Shown: piece after piece, positions 1 to 11,575 of the stretch | Layout: every line of letters begins with the position of its first letter | Numbering within the stretch: the stretch's first letter is position 1 | Assembly (NCBI GenBank): GCA_964016885.1 | Contig: OZ024746.1 | Span: 65,906,001 to 65,970,000 of the forward strand | From: Eledone cirrhosa | Taxonomy: Eukaryota | Direction: 5' to 3' | DNA length: 64,000 nucleotides | Notes under the pieces: model-generated | Databases searched by the model: none | The model's input: the letters and a program-made list of their open reading frames with translations, nothing else | Told to the model about the DNA's origin: nothing | Made by a program: the position numbers and the translations under genes

Positions 1-1281
1 ATATAGAAGCTAATCTAAATGAGGCTCAAATATTTGTAGGCAATTGCGTTTTACATAGATATCTTAATATACAGTTTGAAAATAATACAAACATCAGCTT
101 TCCTTAAATAAGTGCGTATATTTTAGGCTACTTTTTTACAATAAATTCTTAAAAGCTTTTCTAACTTTGTAATGTCTTGAACAGAAATGGTTTCGGACAT
201 TTTCATTATTTGTTTAAGTATTTACCGGTTGCATACGCGGAACAAAATCGATATTGTAACGCATCAACTCATCAAATCAATTCGCCCAGAGAGAAGAAAC
301 TCACGTTAGATGAGAAATACGACTTTATCAATATCCCCGCTATATATTCTGATATAAATGTTTGATAAATGGTTTTATAGATTTCATATGCTGTTTCGTT
401 TTTGTAGAATATTGTCAGCTGCATTCCCCCAAGAAACACAGTATGTCTCTAAGTTGAATGACATCTACTGGTTTGATATTGAGTTCAGGGACAATTGTCT
501 TTAGAAATCATAATCTCATCTATAATTACATATCGGTCATATTGATTTATAGCAAAACTATTTTAACTTGTCATTCATATAAAACATCAGTTGTATATTA
601 AATAGATAAACGTAATGCTATATATTTATCAGGTGCCAAAACTACCGAAAACTAGTTAACGAAAATTTATACTTGAATTCCTACTTTATAAAATACAATA
701 TAACAAGCGAGATACATATTGCTAACATACCTTTTATAGAATGAAGAGGCGGAAAATGATTAAACACATATCAATGTGAAACTAACTCTTGAGAGGATCA
801 TACTTTTAAATGGATATCTTTCAATTGTTTTGTAATGATTATATAACTAATGATACTGGAGTTATCTTGTCTTAGCTAAGTTGTTAAATGACGTAAGTAA
901 GGAGTTTATAATTAGAAGTAATAGCATCTGAACCGTCGGCACTTACATGATGTTTATGTAATTTATTTAAACAATACCAGCTAATGACATAAAGATTTGA
1001 TTCAATTAAATAAGAATATAATCTACTTAACGTTCGACAATGTATTATTTATAAATATTTTATGTACTCCAGAGAAACGGAAAAAGTGATCGACTCGAGT
1101 ATAATTTGATAGTATCAATGCAAGATATGACTGTTTATATAGTATAATGAGCCTAGCTAACAGCTTCCATACTCATGTTTTATAAACATCGTTTAGAGAT
1201 ATATGAGATACCAAATGTATCTACAAATGTTGACTATACATGGCTTCCCCTCTTTCTTTCCCTCTCTCTCTCTCGCTCCCT

Positions 1282-1435
<154 letters not shown>

Positions 1436-1440
1436 GATTT

Positions 1441-1860
1441 ATATATAAAGGAATAAACACAGTAACTTGTGTGGTAGAATTACAAGGGTAGTAATACCGC
1501 GTTGGTTTTACGAATATAAACACTGAATCAAACGGAAAATACAAGATACATATATATATATATCTTGTATTTTACATTTGATTCAGAGTACATATTCGTC
1601 ACACCAACGTGGTATTACTACCCTTGTAATTCTAAACACAATTTACTGTGTTTATTCCTTTATATATAGTATAACATGCTCAGTATTTTTTACTTTGAGC
1701 TTAATTAGAGCAGGGTATTTTTATCAGTGTGTAAAATAGATAAACGCGAGGTATTTCCTTACCTCGTGTTTATCTAGTTTACCTACTCTCATAGGTGTTT
1801 GTTGCATATGATCCCATCTCCCGCTGAGGACTGCCTCCGGATTATCTGTTACAAACACAA
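1441..1860 (+). mobile_element. Fold-back element (arms ~1441-1548 / 1562-1668) with tail and downstream sequence ending in a truncated CTGAGGA core
   Basis: Arms are diverged reverse complements (aaaggaataaacacagtaa... / ...ttactgtgtttattccttt) around a TA spacer; hairpin tagataaacgcgaggta/tacctcgtgtttatcta; CTGAGGA at 1824-1830. Confidence 0.65.
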
Positions 1861-1861
1861 C

Positions 1862-2356
1862 ATATATAAGTATGTATACGTACATACATATATGTATACA
1901 GACGTACAGTAGTATGTATATATATACATACATGCACACATTATAATAAATGTTCGGTAAACCCATACGTACATATATATATATATATATATATGTACGT
2001 ATGGGTTTACCGACATTTATTATAATGTTCGGTTTGTTTGTAAACAAACAGCCAGAATTAAGCCGTACAGTGTCCAACACTTACAAATGAACGATGAACT
2101 AGTTTCAAGGTTATTAGCTATCGTCAGCATCGTATACCTTCCTGTCATGATTGAAAGTTTGAAAGTATATACTTTCCTTATGCATATTAACGGCTAAGCA
2201 GTCTAATTTGCATATTGAATAAGTTAGTCGGCCGGGCGTACCGAAAACGATAAATGGTGTGTACGTATATATACTTATATTTAAGTATCAGACGTACTAA
2301 GAGTGAGAAACGAATTTTCATTTCATTCTTTTCCATTTATCCTTTTCGGTACGCCC
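1862..2356 (-). mobile_element. Hammerhead-bearing retrozyme/Penelope pLTR-like element, family B (rearranged copy)
   Basis: Homologous in reverse orientation to 9097-9975 and 46771-47340 (gccgtacagtgtc, ctaatttgcatat, cgtaccgaaaacgataa). Confidence 0.8.
2091..2133 (-). ncRNA. Minimal type I hammerhead ribozyme motif (family B)
   Basis: Minus strand: ACGATG-CTGACGA-tagctaataacctt-GAAA-CTAG-TT^-CATCGT; stem I ACGATG/CATCGT perfect; palindromic stem III ACTAGT; one mismatch in stem II. Confidence 0.8.
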
Positions 2357-2506
2357 CAAAAATACTGCAGAAGGTTGTATTATTGCAGTGATATTTCTAT
2401 GTGCCAAAATATTTCTCCTCGTTCTCCTCCTCATTCAAACTTTTCTGTATTTCATCGACCTGTCACCAACCATCTGATATATATATATTGTTATACTTTG
2501 GGAGGG

Positions 2507-2544
<38 letters not shown>

Positions 2545-2592
2545 AGAAAGAAGAGTGACACGGTTTGCTATATAATAAGGGCTTTAATTACA

Positions 2593-2703
2593 TTGCTGAC
2601 AATTGTTTCTCTGAACTGGTAGGTCTAGAGATCGCTACCCGCCTGTTTCTGCGTCAATCGATCACCAATACATAGTTATAATCAGTCAATTCATCAGAGC
2701 TAG
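2593..2703 (-). ncRNA. Candidate type I hammerhead with extended stem II, inside a short element (2543-2750) between (TA)n tracts
   Basis: Minus strand: tagct-CTGATGA-aTTGACTG...CAGTTCAGa-GAAA-CAATTG-TC^-AGCaa; palindromic stem III ACAATTGT; stem I short (GCT/AGC). Confidence 0.5.
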
Positions 2704-2748
2704 CGACTACTCCTGAGTACACTACCTATAACAATAATCTGTTATCCC

Positions 2749-2780
<32 letters not shown>

Positions 2781-2781
<1 letters not shown>

Positions 2782-2977
2782 ACGAATGAATTGTGGTAAG
2801 GAACCAGATGGACCATAACGCACCAGAGTACACAGTAGTTAGGGTAGTAGAGTTGGTAATAGGAAAAAGTATGACCTCGGCGGCAGAGCTCAAGCCGTTT
2901 CGACGGCTATTTCTGATTTCAGTCCAGAAATAGCCGTCGAAACGGCTCGAGCTCTGCCGTCGGGGTCATACTTTTTC
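2781..2977 (-). mobile_element. Fold-back element family C
   Basis: ~80-nt unique tail followed by a ~115-nt imperfect palindrome; flanked by (TA)n; homologous to 5815-6020 and 10434-10633. Confidence 0.85.
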
Positions 2978-3254
2978 ATATATATATATATAAATATATA
3001 TATATGTATATAACGGCGATGAATTAGACTATATGTATGTGTTTGAATATTAGACTATATATATAGACTATATACAGGTGTTTGTGTCTATATTGTATCT
3101 GTATTTTTGACCGTTGGTCAGTCAATGGTAACATTGAGGACCGAATAAATTAACCGATATAAAAGACACACCAGCGAAAACCAACCAAACAGTGAGTGTG
3201 TTCTGTTATTAATTCTGGCAATATTATTACACAAATATGACCCTCCCCAAGTAT

Positions 3255-3410
<156 letters not shown>

Positions 3411-3949
3411 GTATATATATAGCTTCCATGCACGGTCGATTTTGTTGTCTGAAAATGTTGAAGTGATTTCGGAAATGTTAGATGTTACTTAATATAACTG
3501 TATATATTTTCAGACAGAACGCCTCAGGAAAACTGTTTAGCAGTTTCAGTTCTTTCCCACCTATTGACGAATTGACCATCGATTATGTTTTTTGCTATCT
3601 GCTGATGATGTATTAATTTCTAAATGTTGATCAATATCGCATATTGGGGGGAATCGACCCACAGTCGCTAGAATCAACTTGAATATATTCATATTTGATA
3701 TTTCTCGAGATATGAATGCCTCCTATGAAAGGATCTGTAATCAGAAAGTATTTAGACAGATTCATGTTCTTGTCACTCATTAATTTATTTTCTGACTATA
3801 TACATAGATGTTTAAACTTCCTAGTCAAATGCAAGTGTTCCTTCTCTGCAGGGCTATTACGATATCTACCATCTTTACAGTTTTATTTTGAATTTATTTC
3901 CTCCATCTGTCAAGATCGAGCAGAACTATGATGAAAGGAATTCCAAACG

Positions 3950-4230
3950 CGTGACAAACCCCATGAAATGTCTGTCGATAATATTTATTATGCAATGTGA
4001 CCTTCCAAACTTTAAGATTGTCGGATGTATTGTAAGGGAAAGATTGATGCAATATCTGAAAGGGTAAATGACTAAATAGTGATTTCATAACGAGCTCATA
4101 TAATTTTCAGTTATTTATGCCGATGGCCTCGATCGACTCCGCAGTTTTCTTCTTTTTTTCTGCGCAATAATTGACTGTACACCAATGGGAGACGTGATAT
4201 AAATAAATGTACATCCTGAAGCTATTGCCG
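3950..4230 (+). pseudogene. Possible highly decayed LINE (CR1/L2-like) reverse transcriptase remnant
   Basis: Frame-broken peptides resembling 'RPISLLC..K..E.IV.ERLMQYL' (LLCNVTF..., IVRERLMQYL) and 'DVI'; weak. Confidence 0.3.
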
Positions 4231-4835
4231 AAATTTGAAATGATTTTGGCAACTCTAAAAGAAGCCGTATAATATAATTCATTCATTTGAAATTTGCACT
4301 GCAAAGGCGAATATGGCTAGTTCATTTTCAATAAGACATATAAATAGCATGATCAACTGAAATGTGCTTACGTCACAGAGATCATATTTAGAAACAAATG
4401 GAGCGTCAGATGCAAACAGATGTTTTTGTCTACTCAATATTGATCTGTCTCTATATGAAATTACTTAGTAACCCCAGGTATGCTTGATGGAAAATATGCG
4501 TTCCTGTAATACATGGGATAAAAGGAAGGAATTATAATTATCTAGGCTCTCAGAGTAATGGCTAATGCGCTCGCCCTGCTTTCTGTAAATGCGGAATTCA
4601 ATTACTCGCAACAACTCAGTCCAAATTTTTGCGGCCCCGGGTGGGTTTCTTTCTCGATTTTGTCAAGAATGATATATAGTTTTCGACTGTATTATAGTGA
4701 TTTTATTTTGAACCGCTAACATCTCAAATAATTCACACGTTCACACTTACACGCAAAAACAGACACGCATACACAAATACGTGCACACATATACGGGTGC
4801 GTGACACAAACGTCACTCCCCTCGCTCCCGCTGTA

Positions 4836-4893
<58 letters not shown>

Positions 4894-4946
4894 AATATAT
4901 AACATTTAATATAAAGATACAGGACTAGAAATGTTTTATTTGAAGG

Positions 4947-5000
<54 letters not shown>

Positions 5001-5705
5001 ACTTGATTATGTGGCCTAAATGAATTGAAGTGAAGGAGCATATTATAGGCGTTATGATGGGTGAATTAATAAAGCTAAGAATAGATTCAGAGGAGACGTA
5101 GAAAGAATTTGGTTATAATAGTTTCAAATATACTCAAGAAGCCGTCAAAATGGCGCAAGTGTAGTTTTTCTCTAAGAAAAAAAAATGAATTCGTTTCCGC
5201 CCTGCCTGAGACAAGCTTTCTGTACTCTGAGGTCGATGAATAAAGGTTCAGCCAAATATTGGTGATCCTTTTGCAATCTTACATTCACTGTCTCTTTCAA
5301 CGTATATATAAATATTTATATATAATGAACACTGATATTTCTTTGGTAATTCATTTATCGACCTCTATATTGATAAAGGTTTAAGTTGGCCTTGAATGGA
5401 ATATGTCTCAAAGCACGGGTGTGAAATCGATACCACGACGAATAATTCAATCTGTTCTTATAACAATTCTGTCCATTCCTTGCCTCATAGTAGTTTTTAA
5501 GAAAGCAAATGCTTTTAGAATTTAGCGTTAAAAATACATGCTGCCACTTGACATATTTCCACCTAATGGGTAACCTAATTCAGACAGTCGCCTAGCTCTT
5601 TCGTTTAGAATTTCGCTACGCACCCTCATGGTACCCAGTGAAAGTGTTATATACTACATCAACGGAGTGACTTATCGATTACTCTTCGAATTCTGGTCTT
5701 TGTAT

Positions 5706-5757
<52 letters not shown>

Positions 5758-5762
5758 AATAA

Positions 5763-5814
<52 letters not shown>

Positions 5815-5816
<2 letters not shown>

Positions 5817-6015
5817 CGAAGGCAATGTGGTAAGGAACCAGGTGGACCATAACGCACCAAAGTACTCAATACTTAGGGTAGTAGAGTGGGTAATAGGACC
5901 GAGTAGGATACCGACGGCTGCGCTCAAGCCGTTTCGACGGCTAATCCTGGACTAAATTTAGTCCAGAATTAGCCGTCGAAACGGCTTGAGCTTAGCCGTC
6001 GGAGTCCTACTCGTT

Positions 6016-6020
<5 letters not shown>
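5815..6020 (-). mobile_element. Fold-back element family C
   Basis: Tail aacgaaggcaatgtggtaaggaaccagg...gggtaat plus palindrome centred at ggactaaa|tttagtcc; (TA)n on both sides. Confidence 0.88.
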
Positions 6021-6047
<27 letters not shown>

Positions 6048-6052
<5 letters not shown>

Positions 6053-6733
6053 AGTTAAGAACTCAGAGTAGTCTCTTACAATTAAATAGCTCTAAGAAAA
6101 AAGCTTTTTCCGAGCCGTACTATATAATTGAATAACAAGAGAGATGAACACTAATATAAACATACATGTGTTCGAAACGTAGAGAATGAATTGTGTGTGA
6201 TATGAAATATCGCACGTGTCAATTATATAGTACGGCTTGGAAAAGCTTTTTTCTTAGAGCTATTTAATTGTAAGAGACTACTCTGAGTTCTTAACTCAAT
6301 ATATATTTGTCGGCTCCATCATTTAGAGCTAATTTTTAATGTCCTGTCAGCAAGGCTGCTATTTCTAGCGGCAGGGAATTTCGAGACAAGCTGGGTTCCG
6401 TATGACACGTGCGATATTTCATATCGCACACAATTCATTCTCTAATATTTTTAGAAGTGAACAAATCATTAATTTCTCAACAACTACTGAGAAGCAGAAA
6501 GACGTGAGAACTTCACTTAATAAGATGTTGCGAACAGTCTCCAATACTGTCTAGTTGTTACCAGGCCAATAGGTCTGTTATTTCTCTTTATTTTTCTTAA
6601 TTGGATATTTAAAGTTAAGGATAACAAACCATATTGCTGTAGTTAGTATTTTTTCACCCGAGCAAATTTGGTCCATACGATTCGAACACATGCATGTTTA
6701 TATCAGTGTTCACTCTTGTTTATTCAATTATAT
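6048..6733 (+). mobile_element. Retrozyme-like element: ~510-nt monomer (6221-6733) preceded by inverted pieces of itself
   Basis: 6048-6130 is the reverse complement of 6221-6302; 6122-6176 of 6681-6733; 6180-6221 of 6402-6444; contains a hammerhead-like motif; flanked by TA repeats. Confidence 0.75.
6479..6559 (+). ncRNA. Variant/degenerate type I hammerhead
   Basis: AACAACTA-CTGAGAA-GCA...TGC-GA-ACAGT-ctccaat-ACTGT-C^-TAGTTGTT: 8-bp perfect stem I, 5-bp stem III, GTC triplet; core deviates (CTGAGAA; one A missing from GAAA). Confidence 0.65.
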
Positions 6734-6755
6734 CTATATCTATATATATATATAT

Positions 6756-6953
6756 ATTGGTAAACGGAATAGAAAATGCTGACAAATTGTTCACAGTTGA
6801 AAAATGGTTTAATTAGGAATAAAAGAGTATTAGTGATTGTATGGGTTAGTATTCAGATGTGGTTTTAAGTTTTTAAGTTTTTACCGGTTGCGCATTTCTA
6901 AATGCTTTTCAAAAATAATTTTGAGATAGAGTGTCCGTGCTGTTTGCTCTGAT
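6756..6953 (-). mobile_element. Single arm of fold-back family E
   Basis: Near-identical to 46267-46464 and reverse complement of 52361-52558; TA repeats on both sides. Confidence 0.9.
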
Positions 6954-6963
6954 ATATATATAT

Positions 6964-7011
<48 letters not shown>

Positions 7012-7394
7012 CTCTCTCCCTCTCTCTCTCTATATATATGGGTGTGTGCGCGTGTGTGTTTGTGTGCATAGTATATATATATATATATATATATGGATGT
7101 GTGGGTGTATATATATATATATATATATATAATAGTGGAAAACCAGCCGAAGCGCAGTTTTCTGCAAAAATATATACAAATGTATGTATGTATGTATGTA
7201 TGTATGTATGTATGTATGTATATGTATGCATGCATGTATGTATGCATTTATATGTATGTATGCATGTATGTATGTTTGTATATATTTATATATATATGTA
7301 ACGCATTCTTAGTGGTAAGTTAGTGAACAGTCTTATATATGGACGTCATATGTAGAGACAAATGCAGCTACATATATAAAGCTTAATTAGTACG

Positions 7395-7521
7395 GATTTG
7401 CCATTCTGAGTTCAAATCCTGCCGACGTTAACTTTGCCTTTCATCCTAACAGGGTCGATAAAATATAGTACCAGTAATACAGTGGATGATTGCTGGCCTT
7501 GTGCATAATGTAGAAACAATT
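7395..7521 (+). mobile_element. 5'-truncated tRNA-derived SINE
   Basis: B-box gagttcaaatcc, gcctttcatcct...gtcgataaaat..gtaccag central domain, 3' end gtagaaacaatt. Confidence 0.85.
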
Positions 7522-8425
7522 AGTATGGATTTAGCCCTCCTTTTAGAAGTGTAATCTCATCTGAAAGTATTGTTCTCTCATTACAAAAATAACGTACAGA
7601 ACAATAGGTTAAATAATATAGAGTTTCTTTGTTCGATCAAAAATTTTCCAATATTCGTTCAGGTGTTCCCAGTGATAAACAAAAGATTTCTGATATAGAG
7701 TGGCTAATACTCAGATTCCGTTGAATCTGTTTACTGCTTATTTGTTGACTAAAGATAGCAAACCTAATTATAATGGCAGACACGTATTTTAATTGAGCAA
7801 ATATCTCTACATTATGTTCCAGTGATTTTCATCATGGATTTGCGACAGAGAAGAAAAATGTGTTTTAGTAAATGGCCAGTCAAATCATGTCTATTTACTA
7901 CTGAATGAAACTTGATGAAGATTTCTTTGGAAGGAATAATATAATACTGCTTCATGATGAGGATCTATTTTTAAATACGATATTTTGGGAAGGTTCGGCG
8001 CCACACAGTATATTTATTCATGGTCTACTAATTTCATAATTTATGTCCCACCATAATTATTTATAGTTCAGGCATAATTTGCAGTTAGAAAACGGTTGTC
8101 CCATAGCTAGAAGCTTTAAAATTCATACATTACTCATATCCAATATATATAAAACCTCGCTCGCGTTGTTTATGAAATTGTATTTCTTTGTGTAAATAAA
8201 GGTGTAATACCTTGATTTAATTTAATAAATATATAAAAAATATTTTTCCATGAATTAGATATACTCTTTAATATAGGTTTCATTCATGGCTCATAGAAAT
8301 AAAATCAGAAAAAACTTTCATTTTCAACATTAAAGGAAGCATTCTACAATGGAACATCTAACTTAATCATACACACATATGCGACCCCGCACAGCGTGCT
8401 CTAAAATTACGACTACTAATAATAA

Positions 8426-8614
8426 TTGTTTCTACAATAGGCACAAGGCCGACAATTATAACAGTGTATTACTTGTACTTCATTTTATCGACTCCCGCTA
8501 GGATGAAAGGCAAAGCTAACCTCGACGGGATTTGAACTCAGATCATAAAGGACCGTAACTCTATGCTGCAAAGCATGTGGTCCGACCCTCTACCAATACT
8601 GCCAATCCACCGCC
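8426..8614 (-). mobile_element. tRNA-derived SINE (Meta/MESC-like central domain)
   Basis: Reverse complement of the 34567-34754 consensus; (AAT)-like tail. Confidence 0.9.
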
Positions 8615-8722
8615 GTACTACTACTAGTAACAGTAATATGGTATACGGTGAAACATCCAGGAACAGCTGCCGCTTGCATTCCCCTTGTCTTTTGCTGGAC
8701 ACACACACACACACACATATGT

Positions 8723-8754
<32 letters not shown>

Positions 8755-8795
8755 ATATATATATATGTGTGTGTACATATATATATATATATATA

Positions 8796-8870
<75 letters not shown>

Positions 8871-8872
<2 letters not shown>

Positions 8873-9039
8873 GATATTAAACAAATGGAAACTATATTTA
8901 TAAAACCATATTTATTTCATTTATAAATATAGTTTCCATTTGTTTAATATCGTATATCTACTCCAAAAATTTGTCGAGTGCTTTATATCAGTTATAAAAT
9001 ATTTACTTGTTGTAACCCAACAATTTTAAATAAAACTTT

Positions 9040-9042
<3 letters not shown>
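8871..9042 (+). mobile_element. Short fold-back element (34-bp perfect arms 8871-8904 / 8920-8953) with tail, related to the 36986 and 47342 elements (family F)
   Basis: Tail ctccaaaaatttgtcGAGTGCTTT resembles ctcctgaaaaatattttgccgttGAGTGCTT (49358-49388); embedded in (TA)n. Confidence 0.8.
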
Positions 9043-9096
<54 letters not shown>

Positions 9097-9100
<4 letters not shown>

Positions 9101-9975
9101 GGAAAAAATGAAAAGAAATTTCATTTCTCACTCTTAGTACGGCTGTTACTTAAATATAAGTATATATACGTACATACATATATGTATACAGACGTACAGT
9201 AGTATGTATATATATACATACATGCACCCATATATATATGTACGTATGGTTTGACCGAACATTTATTATAATGTTCGGTGTGTTTGTAAACAAACATCCC
9301 GAATTAAGCCGTACAGTGTCTAGCAACCATCGTTGCACATTGGTTCAACACTGACAAAGGCAACGATGGTTGCTAGACACTGTACGGCTTAATTCGGGAT
9401 GTTTGTTTACAAACACACCGAGCATTATAATAAATGTTCGGTGAATCCATACGTACATATATATATATCATTGCATGTATGTATGTATATATACATACTA
9501 CTGTACGTCTGTATACATATATGTATGTACGTATACATACTTATATTTAAGTAACAGCCGTACTAAGAGTGAGAAATGAAATTTCGTTTCATTTTTTTCC
9601 GTTTATCGTTTTCGGTACGCCGGCCGATTAACTCACCCGATATGCAAATTAGGCTGCTCAGCGGTTAATATGCATAAGGAAAGTATATACTTTCAGATGT
9701 TCAACCATCTTGCAGGAAGGTATACGTTGCTGACGATAGCTAATAAGCTTGAAACTAGTACAGCGTTCCTTTATCAGTGTTGAACAAATGAGCAACGATG
9801 GTTGCAAGACACTGTACGGCTTAATTCGGGATGTTTGTTTACAAACACACCGAGCATTATAATAAATGTTCGTTGAATCCATACGTACATATATATATAT
9901 ATGTGCATGTATGTATATATATATACATAATACTGTACGTTTGTATAAATATATGTATGTACGTATACATATTTA
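9097..9975 (+). mobile_element. Retrozyme-like element family B: inverted tailed arm plus ~1.4 tandem copies of a ~430-nt hammerhead monomer
   Basis: gcaacgatggttgc...ccatacgtacatata occurs at ~9360 and ~9792 (direct repeat); 9097-9360 is an inverted copy; (TA)n flanks. Confidence 0.88.
9724..9766 (+). ncRNA. Minimal type I hammerhead ribozyme motif (family B)
   Basis: ACGTTG-CTGACGA-t-AGCT-aata-AGCT-t-GAAA-CTAG-TA^-CAGCGT; complete CUGANGA/GAAA/UH core; stems I, II and palindromic III present. Confidence 0.88.
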
Positions 9976-9977
9976 TT

Positions 9978-10044
<67 letters not shown>

Positions 10045-10309
10045 CGTATATACATATATAATGTATATATATATTCATTAGTTAAGCAAAACAAGACCAC
10101 AAATATCACAAGGAAGACATTATTTAAAGATCGTCAACATAGTTGCTGATTAATGTAAGGAATGTAAAGAATAATAATAATAATACTAATAATGTCCGTT
10201 TACAATTGTTTCGCTATTCCATATAATGTTTCTGTATCAAATGATTATAGATCATTGTTGATCTGGTTCAGATGAAGATAATTAACTTAGGTAAAAATGG
10301 AGCAGTTCA

Positions 10310-10348
<39 letters not shown>

Positions 10349-10378
10349 AGTATGTGTGTGTGTATGTATATATATATC

Positions 10379-10433
<55 letters not shown>

Positions 10434-10435
<2 letters not shown>

Positions 10436-10628
10436 CGAAGGAAATGTGGTAAGGAACCAGGTGGACCATAACGCACCAAAGTACTCAATACTTGAGGTAG
10501 TAGAGTGGGTAATAGGAACCAGTAAGACCCCGACAGCTGAGCTCAAGCCGTTTCGACGGCTAATTCTGGACTCGTCCAGAATTAGCCGTCGAAACGGCTT
10601 GAGCTCAGCTGTCGGGGTCTTACTGGTT

Positions 10629-10633
<5 letters not shown>
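10434..10633 (-). mobile_element. Fold-back element family C with a perfect palindrome (60-bp arms)
   Basis: 10512-10571 and 10574-10633 are exact reverse complements (2-nt loop); tail 10434-10511; (TA)n flanks. Confidence 0.92.
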
Positions 10634-10666
<33 letters not shown>

Positions 10667-10680
10667 CACACACACATACT

Positions 10681-10725
<45 letters not shown>

Positions 10726-10834
10726 ATATATATAATATATAAATGAAAATAGAGAAATTAATGTGAGCAAGAAGCCAACAGTAATTCATACATATAAGTG
10801 ACTATTACGTCAAGATGGAAAATATTTAACGTAA

Positions 10835-10940
<106 letters not shown>

Positions 10941-11469
10941 TAATTTATTTATTTATTTACCATACGCTTAACTAGGAAATATATTCTGTTTGAATAATAT
11001 ATTCAAATTCGCTGGGATGTGAAACCTTCATAGAAATATAATTTAGTGTTGACGCATATTTTTTCCACAACTAAACAGAATTTAAAATGACAATTTGTAA
11101 TGTAGAACGAAAGCGTATGTTACGCCTATTTGGTTTAGGATTACCAATGCCAAACGGATTTCGAACATGAAATCGAATATTCTGTGTCAATATATCTGTA
11201 ATAAGATTATCATAACATATATATGCATGAGGAAGATTTATGGGGCTTGCTACTCTGTTCCATTCTCTTGAAATGTTATTACACTCACCTCAACTCTTTC
11301 ATATCCTCTTCTGTAGGAATGAAAAATATGTACAACTTCTTATCCAGTCAGTCATGTATACATTCACACCCAAATACACACATACACACATGTTGGCCTA
11401 TATAATATAACCATATTGCATTTGTAAAAATAATAGTCAACGTGATATTTAACTTCTTTCTTACGTTTT

Positions 11470-11512
11470 TCTTTCTTTCTTTCTTCTTCTTCTACCTCTT
11501 CTTCTTCTTCTT

Positions 11513-11543
<31 letters not shown>

Positions 11544-11575
11544 TTATTATTATTATTATTATTGTTATTGTTATT
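11470..11575. repeat. (TTC)n then (TTA)n microsatellite at the 3' junction of the R4/Dong element
   Basis: Direct reading. Confidence 0.95.

Noticed and set aside
4541-4660. tRNA-like/SINE head
   Set aside because: Only vague A/B-box resemblance; too degenerate to call.
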